Assembly (NCBI GenBank): GCA_965644295.1
Contig: CBFFRP010000298.1
Span: 186,001 to 250,000 of the forward strand
Length of the DNA: 64,000 bases
Source of the DNA: Paraphysomonas bandaiensis
Lineage: Eukaryota > Protista > Chrysophyceae
Reading direction: 5' to 3'
Position 1 is the first letter of the stretch; the number at the start of each line of letters is the position of its first letter. Below, piece after piece: positions 56,301-64,000 of this stretch. The translations under genes were made by a program, and so were the position numbers. Under the pieces are notes generated by a model. That model was given only the letters and a program-made list of their open reading frames with translations, had not been told where the DNA came from and made no database searches.

Positions 56301-59029
56301 CTCATTTATCTCTTTAAAATATCTCTTATCCGCTGGTGGAACACATTCGTTGAAAAATACATGTCCTGATATAACAAAATCTCTTAATGCGGGAACAAAG
56401 ACTATATATCCAGGACCATCCTCTCGATAGCCCATAAAATACCCAGGCCAGCTATGTCTGTCCCAATTGTTCTTTCGGAGACTGGAATCGACATTCACAA
56501 AGCATTTACATCCCCATATTCTGGCATAACTCAAGTCTGGTATTTCGTTTTCGATAAACTGAAGTGGAGACACAAATCCTTTAGCTGTTTGACACGGTAA
56601 CCTGTTCTTGATGTGTATTGTCGCCTTTGAGGCTTGTTCCCAGAAATTCGGTGGGAGTCCAGAGTCGATAAGGCTGCTGAGTGCTCGTTCTTTAGTTGTC
56701 CGCCATGATCGCTCTTGGAATGGGTTATCCTCGGGGGTATACGGGGAGTTGAAAGTCCATGTAGCCCCTATTGATTGAAGATACTCTAGAACTTTTCTTG
56801 ATACCAGCTCCTTCCCCCCATCCGCATGATAATGTTGTAGGCGTTTGCCTTTACTATGTAGATACATAACGACTTTCTGGATGGATTGGATGACAAAATC
56901 TTCATCTCTCGTTGGTCCGTAGGAGTCCCATTGGTGTCTGGAAGCTACATCTGTCATCCCGAGTATGTAACGGTTGCCAGTAATGATTGCCTCTGGTGCA
57001 TGAGGTCCAGAAAAATCGGCTACTACTAGCTCCCCCAGCTCATTCGCTCTTCTTACACGCTTGAGCAGCATTTGTCTGATAGCGTGTCTATGTTTTCGGC
57101 GATGAGATTTACCACTAGCACAACCATCACATAGGCCACCCGGTAAAGAAGTAGCATTCATCTCCGACTTCGTTAACTTAATACCCGTTACTAATTTTGA
57201 CTGTACAGCTTTCTGTATGAGTCCAATTGAAGAATGTGCCAATCTCTTTTGTGCTAGGATTGCGAGTGGGCCTGAAGCAGTTGAAGCAAGGTGGGATTCG
57301 TCAAGAGGAGTACCGAGGTCTGTTAACGGAATTTCATATAGGCCTCCAACTCTCTTACCCTTTGATAGGAGTATTTCATCTTTATATATCTCAACTGATT
57401 GGTTTCCGAACAAGATTTTATACCCTAGGTCATCTAATTGGCTGATGGACACGAGTGTCCTTGAAGCATGGTCCACGTGCTTGCACTTGGGAATAATACC
57501 AAGTCTTCCATGTCCTGAAGAGGTCATAGTTGATCCTGACTTAGCTGTTTGAATGTCGGTGAGGCATTCCTCATAATTGGTGATGTATCCGGCTTCAGGT
57601 GTGATGGAGACTGTGCAGCCAGAATCAAGGGTCCCCATTCCGGCTTCTTGATCAAAAACGAAGTTCGTTTCGTCGTTTGTTGGATATCCGACTCCTCCGA
57701 AGTCTCGTCCTTTCTGTTGTAGTGGACCACTGTCTTCATAATCTGCAAACTGGTCGGATTCGTCGTTTTCAGTGCTCTGGTGGGTCTGGAATCTAACTTT
57801 TTTGAATTTCCTACTGGTTGATTTGTTTCCAGAGGAATTCTTCATCTGTTGGATTCTTTCCCATGAGTGTTTGCATTCTGAAGCGATGTGTCCTTTTCCA
57901 TCGCATCGGAAACACTTAATGTCCTTGTCAGTTCTCTTGTCATGTTTCGGTTTATTGGAACGGTTTCTGAAAGATGTCCCCTTTTTGCGCTTGGAATTCA
58001 CTTTACTTTTGAAAAATGGGGGTTTTGAGGCTGCAAGCTGAATACTGTCGGTTCTTGTTTCTTCGTTGCTTGACAAGAGCATTCCAACAGACGAGCTTCC
58101 TAATCCGCGTAGTCTGCGTATGAGTGTTTTGTAGTCATCGATAGGGTGCATCTGCAGGTTGATTGCCAGTTCTCGATACGTCATATTTTCTTTGGATACC
58201 AGGCCTTGTCGAATGCGTGAGATGAGATCTTGGTCACTTATCCGATGACCATAATTAATCAGCTTGTTTCGGAGCTTTTCGACAGCGTCAAGAAAGTTGA
58301 TTATCGACTGACCTTTTTTGATTTTTATGCTCTGAAACTGGCCAATCAGATCGGTGATTACATCGTTAGTCGTTTTTTCTTTGAAGTGGTTGAGCAAGTC
58401 CGTCCAGGCGGTTTTTCCGTCTCCATCGGGGACGTTCTCCAAAATCCCCTCAGCCTCTTCATCCTGACCAATGATAGAGCTTGCAATGACTGACCATAGG
58501 TAGTTATTACCTTCATCATAATATCGTTTCGCATCCTGATACTGTTCGAGTCGATACTGGTAGTCCTCGTCATCTGAGTTTTCTCCTGCTTCAGGCTCAA
58601 TTGGGTGATCGTTCTGTAGAGTATAAACGATCTTAGGCTTTCTGTAAAACCATGCACGGCACTTCTTCGCGTCGAACTTTGGCATTGAGTCTTTCTGTTT
58701 TTCGGTTGTTGAATCCGAGTCGGTTGAGTCGTAACTTGTAACTTTAACTGACATCTCGCTACCAAATAAAGAATTGATCTTTATAATAGTAAAACAATGT
58801 TGTGATTATTAGAATGTAAGTAATGAACACGATAGAGTGAAAATTATGAATAACAATATAGAACGTACTATCATGCACAACGGAATAGTTAGAAATGTAA
58901 CTGATAATGACGACGTTATGATGACGATCACGTATCTTCGACAGATACTCTCTCTAATTCAGTTCATGGTATATTTCATTGAACATTATAACTCACAGAT
59001 ACAATCATGTATTAAGCTGAATCCTAATA
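53350..59029 (-). mobile_element. Ty1/copia retrotransposon copia-2 (5,680 bp)
   Basis: 265-bp LTRs at 53350-53614 and 58765-59029, TSD ATAAT (53345-53349 and 59030-59034), PBS TGGTAGCGA (58756-58764) and PPT GAGGGGGCG. Confidence 0.94.
53814..58754 (-). CDS. copia-2 gag-pol polyprotein (11-aa deletion in RNase H)
   Basis: CFRC...GH....C, LDSGC, HADGGKE, FKARLVAQGF, YVDD and CDSDW. It lacks the TRRSTTAFTFF segment present in copia-3. Confidence 0.92.
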   Translation of the reverse strand: MSVKVTSYDSTDSDSTTEKQKDSMPKFDAKKCRAWFYRKPKIVYTLQNDHPIEPEAGENSDDEDYQYRLEQYQDAKRYYDEGNNYLWSVIASSIIGQDEEAEGILENVPDGDGKTAWTDLLNHFKEKTTNDVITDLIGQFQSIKIKKGQSIINFLDAVEKLRNKLINYGHRISDQDLISRIRQGLVSKENMTYRELAINLQMHPIDDYKTLIRRLRGLGSSSVGMLLSSNEETRTDSIQLAASKPPFFKSKVNSKRKKGTSFRNRSNKPKHDKRTDKDIKCFRCDGKGHIASECKHSWERIQQMKNSSGNKSTSRKFKKVRFQTHQSTENDESDQFADYEDSGPLQQKGRDFGGVGYPTNDETNFVFDQEAGMGTLDSGCTVSITPEAGYITNYEECLTDIQTAKSGSTMTSSGHGRLGIIPKCKHVDHASRTLVSISQLDDLGYKILFGNQSVEIYKDEILLSKGKRVGGLYEIPLTDLGTPLDESHLASTASGPLAILAQKRLAHSSIGLIQKAVQSKLVTGIKLTKSEMNATSLPGGLCDGCASGKSHRRKHRHAIRQMLLKRVRRANELGELVVADFSGPHAPEAIITGNRYILGMTDVASRHQWDSYGPTRDEDFVIQSIQKVVMYLHSKGKRLQHYHADGGKELVSRKVLEYLQSIGATWTFNSPYTPEDNPFQERSWRTTKERALSSLIDSGLPPNFWEQASKATIHIKNRLPCQTAKGFVSPLQFIENEIPDLSYARIWGCKCFVNVDSSLRKNNWDRHSWPGYFMGYREDGPGYIVFVPALRDFVISGHVFFNECVPPADKRYFKEINEIFRENETSRTVESFKYLIGLAHVDPDDGLTYVTTQIKLRKGLIAAYRGLVDDSGDKTRLIQLDDPIHAADVEKYTEEYIELKAVGLKCNTSRSKTPIHKSSKSDQDPDTVNGSPAPVATSRGSGVNRRYHDAAQERISSHRCEPTHSDAKIAKTRPSKQFNGNLVPNPAPHGQVDRVRQRVAKRCNKPADSSGDWENQGTPEGPSKVRATAKQQFLAGRKSVLRSRRMARKRVIVNIHKLGDGVYTCDVNAKHVVNHMAHDTRCISKSHTNNIDIVMHAISNCDDIDELTDAPKSVQDAISGKYKQQWIDAINREISTLQRKGCWRYTALPPGARAIKGKLIFKIKIKQNDIKFKARLVAQGFTQIQGIDYNDTYSPVAKATSLRTIIALSTIMKLKLHQIDFTTAYINADLEEDIYMHPPPGMDVPDGKVLNLMKSIYGLKQAGLNWYKCCTNFMLDMGFTRLISDPCIFKKQINGRIMLIAMYVDDIIIASTSDTDIQQFKDHLSKKFEITDLGLLDYYLGISIHQDFDKNITTLSQEQYVRKLLDKFNMSNCKPMSTPMLLSFNYDLHEYNHLSESNQSYVQNFPYKELIGSLMYLAVCTRPDIAYAVNTLARFSDMPNLTTCNAALHVLRYLKGTAKQGLIYSGSHITLSGYCDSDWARCHLIGNCLISWQSRLQTTVALSSTEAEYMALSSTAQEALWLRSLLSEIGFKLPFSTTIWCDNKGAVQLCYNPTHHRRTKHIAIRYHFIRENIAENQLTVDHIPTTSMLADLLTKPLGTTNFLQLRTTLMGGAGFDIPSSSNRKRSTTSETPKSQLSSHKRPRWLV

Positions 59030-59196
59030 ATAATGGCGATGTAAGATCGTACGAGAAATGATTGGTCGTAGAGAAAACATGAAATTGATGAATGAGAGGA
59101 GATATTGATTATGACTTTATAGTACACGTCCAGTTAACTTAGAAAATCATCCAATTGTGTCATAGCTTGACACTACAACTAAATAAGATTTAAGCT

Positions 59197-62100
59197 TATT
59201 AGTAAAACAATGTTGTGATTATTAGAGTGTAAGTAATGAACACGATAGAGTGAAAATTATAAATAACAATATAGAATGTACTATCATGCACAACGGAATA
59301 GTTAGAAGTGTAACTGATAATGACGACGTTATGATGACGATCACGTATCTTCGACAGATACTCTCTCTAATTCAGTTCATGGTATATTTCATTGAACATT
59401 ATAACTCACAGATACAATCATGTATTAAGCTGAATCCTAATACGCCTCCTCAATGAAATAATCAGTGAATCGTAGATAATAGAGAGAATATGAACTTATG
59501 CACACTGAGAGTAAAAACCAGAGTAGCAGTCACTAGTCAATAATAAGCGAACTGCAGAGATGCCATATTGTGAGACCATCCTTCTAGTCCAGCATCATGT
59601 ATTGAATAAAAATAAAAAAAAATGGTAAAAACTCCGTGTAACTCAAACTAGCCACCTAGGTCGCTTGTGGCTTGTTAATTGTGATTTAGGTGTCTCTGAG
59701 GTTGTTGATCGCTTTCTGTTGCTGCTGGATGGGATGTCGAACCCAGCTCCCCCCATCAATGTAGTTCGCAATTGAAGAAAATTAGTTGTTCCTAGTGGTT
59801 TCGTGAGAAGATCGGCTAACATTGACGTGGTGGGAATATGGTCAACAGTCAATTGGTTTTCGGCAATATTTTCTCGAATGAAATGATACCGTATCGCAAT
59901 ATGTTTCGTACGACGATGATGAGTAGGATTGTAGCATAATTGGACTGCCCCTTTATTATCGCACCAAATAGTTGTTGAGAATGGAAGTTTGAAACCAATT
60001 TCTGATAATAAAGAGCGTAGCCATAATGCTTCCTGAGCTGCTGACGATAGAGCCATATACTCAGCTTCAGTAGATGACAATGCCACAGTTGTCTGTAATC
60101 GAGATTGCCATGATATAAGACAATTACCTATGAAGAATGTAAAAGCTGTAGTGGACCGTCGAGTGAGGTGACATCGTGCCCAATCGCTATCGCAGTATCC
60201 TGACAATGTTATGTGGGATCCAGAATATATCAATCCTTGCTTAGCAGTGCCTTTGAGATACCTAAGAACATGTAACGCAGCATTACAGGTAGTTAGATTA
60301 GGCATATCAGAAAATCTGGCAAGAGTATTGACTGCGTAGGCGATATCCGGTCGAGTGCATACAGCTAGATACATCAGGGAACCTATGAGCTCCTTGTAAG
60401 GGAAATTCTGAACATAACTTTGATTTGACTCTGAAAGATGATTGTATTCATGTAAATCATAGTTGAAAGACAGTAACATAGGTGTTGACATGGGTTTACT
60501 GTTGGACATGTTGAATTTGTCCAGCAGTTTTCTGACATACTGCTCCTGACTGAGAGTCGTGATATTTTTGTCAAAATCTTGATGAATGGAGATGCCCAAG
60601 TAATAATCTAGGAGTCCGAGATCCGTAATTTCGAACTTTTTGGATAAATGATCTTTGAATTGTTGGATATCAGTGTCGGATGTAGATGCTATAATAATAT
60701 CGTCCACATACATGGCTATTAGCATAATCCTGCCATTAATCTGCTTTTTGAATATACACGGGTCAGATATTAGTCTGGTGAAACCCATATCTAGCATAAA
60801 ATTTGTACAGCACTTATACCAGTTAAGACCTGCTTGCTTTAGACCATAGATGCTTTTCATCAGTTTGAGGACTTTTCCGTCAGGGACGTCCATGCCAGGA
60901 GGGGGATACATGTATATGTCCTCTTCGAGGTCAGCATTGATGTACGCAGTTGTGAAATCGATTTGGTGCAATTTGAGTTTCATAATAGTCGAAAGGGCAA
61001 TAATTGTACGTAGGGATGTAGCCTTCGCGACGGGGCTGTATGTATCATTGTAATCGATGCCTTGGATTTGAGTAAAACCCTGTGCGACTAGTCGAGCCTT
61101 GAATTTGATATCATTCTGTTTTCTTTTTATTTTGAATATGAGTTTCCCCTTTATGGCTCTTGCTCCAGGTGGTAACGCAGTGTATCTCCAGCACCCTTTC
61201 CTCTGAAGAGTGGATATTTCTCTATTGATAGCATCGATCCACTGCTGTTTATATTTACCTGAAATAGCATCTTGAACACTCTTTGGTGTATCGGTTAGCT
61301 CGTCAATGTCATCGCAATTACTGATAGCATGCATAACAATATCAATATTGTTAGTATGTAATTTTGATATACATTGTGTGTCATGTGCCATATGATTTAC
61401 TACATGTTTAGCATTTACATCACATGTATATACACCATCACCAAGTTTATGTATATTTACGATTACCCGTTTCCTGGCCATTCTCCTGCTTCGGAGAACA
61501 CTCTTTCTACCAGCTAAAAATTGTTGTTTTGCTGTAGCACGGACCTTACTTGGCCCTTCAGGTGTACCCTGATTTTCCCAATCTCCCGATGAATCAGCAG
61601 GCTTGTTGCAGCGTTTGGCCACACGCTGACGCACACGATCCACTTGACCGTGTGGTGCCGGATTCGGCACTAGATTCCCATTGAATTTTTTCGGAGGGCG
61701 AGTCTTCGCTATCTTTGCATCGGAGTGGGTAGGTTCACACCGATGGCTGCTGATTCTCTCCTGCGCGGCATCATGATGTCTTCGATTCACGCCACTCCCC
61801 CTGGAAGTAGCGGCTGGCGCTGGAGATCCATTAACTGTATCGGGGTCTCGATCTGATTTGCTGGATTTATGTATTGGGGTTTTCGATCGAGAAGTATTAC
61901 ATTTGAGACCAACTGCTTTGAGTTCTATGTATTCTTCAGTGTACTTTTCGACGTCTGCAGCATGAATGGGGTCGTCGAGCTGGATGAGTCGTGTCTTGTC
62001 ACCGCTGTCGTCCACTAGACCACGATACGCTGCGATTAATCCTTTTCTGAGCTTTATTTGAGTTGTTACATATGTTAATCCATCGTCTGGATCTACATGA

Positions 62101-64000
62101 GCTAGACCTATGAGATATTTGAAACTTTCTACTGTCCTGGAGGTCTCATTCTCTCTGAAGATCTCATTTATCTCTTTAAAATATCTCTTATCCGCTGGTG
62201 GAACACATTCGTTGAAAAATACATGTCCTGATATAACAAAATCTCTTAATGCGGGAACAAAGACTATATATCCAGGACCATCCTCTCGATAGCCCATAAA
62301 ATACCCAGGCCAGCTATGTCTGTCCCAATTGTTCTTTCGGAGACTGGAATCGATATTCACAAAGCATTTACATCCCCATATTCTGGCATAACTCAAGTCT
62401 GGTATTTCGTTTTCGATAAACTGAAGTGGAGACATAAATCCTTTAGCTGTTTGACACGGTAGCCTGTTCTTGATGTGTATTGTCGCCTTTGAGGCTTGTT
62501 CCCAGAAATTCGGTGGGAGTCCAGAGTCGATAAGGCTGCTGAGTGCTCGTTCTTTAGTTGTCCGCCATGATCGCTCTTGGAATGGGTTATCCTCGGGGGT
62601 ATACGGGGAGTTGAAAGTCCATGTAGCCCCTATTGATTGAAGATACTCTAGAACTTTTCTTGATACCAGCTCCTTCCCCCCATCCGCATGATAATGTTGT
62701 AGTCGTTTGCCTTTACTATGTAGATACATGACAACTTTCTGGATGGATTGGATGACGAAATCTTCATCTCTCGTTGGTCCGTAGGAGTCCCATTGGTGTC
62801 TGGAAGCTACATCTGTCATCCCGAGTATGTAACGGTTGCCAGTAATGATTGCCTCTGGTGCATGGGGTCCAGAAAAATCGGCTACTACTAGCTCCCCCAG
62901 CTCATTTGCTCTTCTTACACGCTTGAGCAGCATTTGTCTGATAGCGTGTCTATGTTTTCGGCGATGAGATTTACCACTAGCACAACCATCACATAGGCCA
63001 CCCGGTAAAGAAGTAGCATTCATCTCCGACTTCGTTAACTTAATACCCGTTACTAATTTTGACTGTACAGCTTTCTGTATGAGTCCAATTGAAGAATGTG
63101 CCAATCTCTTATGTGCTAGAGTTGCGAGTGGGCCTGAAGCAGTTGAAGCAAGGTGGGATTCGTCAATAGGAGTACCGAGGTCTGTTAATGGAATTTCATA
63201 TAGGCCTCCAACTCTCTTACCCTTTGATAGCAGTATTTCATCTTTATATATCTCAACTGATTGGTTTCCGAACAAGATTTTATACCCTAGGTCATCTAAT
63301 TGGCTGATGGACACGAGTGTCCTCGAAGCATGGTCCACGTGCTTGCACTTGGGGATAATACCAAGTCTTCCATGTCCTGAAGAGGTCATAGTCGATCCTG
63401 ACTTAGCTGTTTGAATGTCGGTGAGGCATTCCTCATAATTGGTGATGTATCCGGCTTCAGGTGTGATGGAGACTGTGCAGCCAGAATCAAGGGTTCCCAT
63501 TCCGGCTTCTTGATCAAAAACGAAGTTCGTTTCGTCGTTTGTTGGATATCCGACTCCTCCGAAGTCTCGTCCTTTCTGTTGTAGTGGACCACTGTCTTCA
63601 TAATCTGCAAACTGGTCGGATTCGTCGTTTTCAGTGCTCTGGTGGGTCTGGAATCTAACTTTTTTGAATTTCCTACTGGTTGATTTGTTTCCAGAGGAAC
63701 TCTTCATTTGTTGGATCCTTTCCCATGAGTGTTTGCATTCTGAAGCGATGTGTCCTTTTCCATCGCATCGGAAACACTTAATGTCCTTGTCAGTTCTCTT
63801 GTCATGTTTCGGTTTATTGGAACGGTTTCTGAAAGATGTCCCCTTTTTGCGCTTGGAATTCACTTTACTTTTGAAAAATGGGGGTTTTGAGGCTGCAAGC
63901 TGAATACTGTCGGTTTTTGTTTCTTCGTTGCTTGACAAGAGCATTCCAACAGACGAGCTTCCTAATCCGCGTAGTCTGCGTATGAGTGTTTTGTAGTCAT
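59197..64000 (-). mobile_element. Ty1/copia retrotransposon copia-3 (same family as copia-2), truncated by the window edge
   Basis: 3' LTR at 59197-59442 (TATTAG...CTAATA), PPT, and a pol nearly identical to copia-2. Confidence 0.92.
59643..64000 (-). CDS. copia-3 gag-pol polyprotein (5' part outside the window)
   Basis: Open frame with zinc knuckle, PR, INT, RT and an intact RNase H. Confidence 0.92.
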   Translation of the reverse strand, partial: DYKTLIRRLRGLGSSSVGMLLSSNEETKTDSIQLAASKPPFFKSKVNSKRKKGTSFRNRSNKPKHDKRTDKDIKCFRCDGKGHIASECKHSWERIQQMKSSSGNKSTSRKFKKVRFQTHQSTENDESDQFADYEDSGPLQQKGRDFGGVGYPTNDETNFVFDQEAGMGTLDSGCTVSITPEAGYITNYEECLTDIQTAKSGSTMTSSGHGRLGIIPKCKHVDHASRTLVSISQLDDLGYKILFGNQSVEIYKDEILLSKGKRVGGLYEIPLTDLGTPIDESHLASTASGPLATLAHKRLAHSSIGLIQKAVQSKLVTGIKLTKSEMNATSLPGGLCDGCASGKSHRRKHRHAIRQMLLKRVRRANELGELVVADFSGPHAPEAIITGNRYILGMTDVASRHQWDSYGPTRDEDFVIQSIQKVVMYLHSKGKRLQHYHADGGKELVSRKVLEYLQSIGATWTFNSPYTPEDNPFQERSWRTTKERALSSLIDSGLPPNFWEQASKATIHIKNRLPCQTAKGFMSPLQFIENEIPDLSYARIWGCKCFVNIDSSLRKNNWDRHSWPGYFMGYREDGPGYIVFVPALRDFVISGHVFFNECVPPADKRYFKEINEIFRENETSRTVESFKYLIGLAHVDPDDGLTYVTTQIKLRKGLIAAYRGLVDDSGDKTRLIQLDDPIHAADVEKYTEEYIELKAVGLKCNTSRSKTPIHKSSKSDRDPDTVNGSPAPAATSRGSGVNRRHHDAAQERISSHRCEPTHSDAKIAKTRPPKKFNGNLVPNPAPHGQVDRVRQRVAKRCNKPADSSGDWENQGTPEGPSKVRATAKQQFLAGRKSVLRSRRMARKRVIVNIHKLGDGVYTCDVNAKHVVNHMAHDTQCISKLHTNNIDIVMHAISNCDDIDELTDTPKSVQDAISGKYKQQWIDAINREISTLQRKGCWRYTALPPGARAIKGKLIFKIKRKQNDIKFKARLVAQGFTQIQGIDYNDTYSPVAKATSLRTIIALSTIMKLKLHQIDFTTAYINADLEEDIYMYPPPGMDVPDGKVLKLMKSIYGLKQAGLNWYKCCTNFMLDMGFTRLISDPCIFKKQINGRIMLIAMYVDDIIIASTSDTDIQQFKDHLSKKFEITDLGLLDYYLGISIHQDFDKNITTLSQEQYVRKLLDKFNMSNSKPMSTPMLLSFNYDLHEYNHLSESNQSYVQNFPYKELIGSLMYLAVCTRPDIAYAVNTLARFSDMPNLTTCNAALHVLRYLKGTAKQGLIYSGSHITLSGYCDSDWARCHLTRRSTTAFTFFIGNCLISWQSRLQTTVALSSTEAEYMALSSAAQEALWLRSLLSEIGFKLPFSTTIWCDNKGAVQLCYNPTHHRRTKHIAIRYHFIRENIAENQLTVDHIPTTSMLADLLTKPLGTTNFLQLRTTLMGGAGFDIPSSSNRKRSTTSETPKSQLTSHKRPRWLV

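Larger units (their letters stand above)
53185..59172 (+). mobile_element. Solo LTR (~303 bp) split by copia-2
   Basis: TGTTGAG at 53185 and CTTGACA ending at 59172, with TSD CTACA (53180-53184 and 59173-59177). Both halves match the LTR at 455-723. Confidence 0.85.

Overview
Eukaryotic, protist-like DNA with short GT-AG introns; the host is possibly a stramenopile, but this is not established. The centrepiece is a complete-looking 22,230-bp AT-rich endogenous Polinton-like virus/virophage-like element (9337-31566). It has ~840-bp terminal inverted repeats (TIRs) and a 5-bp target site duplication (TSD) TTCCT. It encodes an SF3/D5-like helicase, an unusually short family-B DNA polymerase, an rve integrase with a chromodomain, an HNH-AP2 nuclease, a lipase, an adenain-like protease, major and minor capsid proteins, an A32 packaging ATPase, two paralogous fibre-like proteins and a discoidin-like protein. 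It sits inside the RT region of a young Ty1/copia retrotransposon (8040-35755, apparently identical 320-bp LTRs, TSD AGGAT), and removing it restores the pol frame exactly. That copia may itself lie within a TIR-bounded DNA element. Inside the virus I see several features the gene list does not explain: a structured non-coding island with a perfect Pol III B-box and a pre-miRNA-like hairpin, a candidate -1 frameshift that adds a hydrophobic tail, a 45-bp repeat shared by the TIRs and two internal sites, and a positionally conserved motif upstream of non-structural genes. The right part holds host genes (TLC-domain, CTF18, FABP-like, a bacterial-type thiolase with an intron, PhyH-like, Sel1, HRDC). 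It ends in a nest of two further copia elements, one inserted in a solo LTR. All calls are by eye from motifs; no database search was run.
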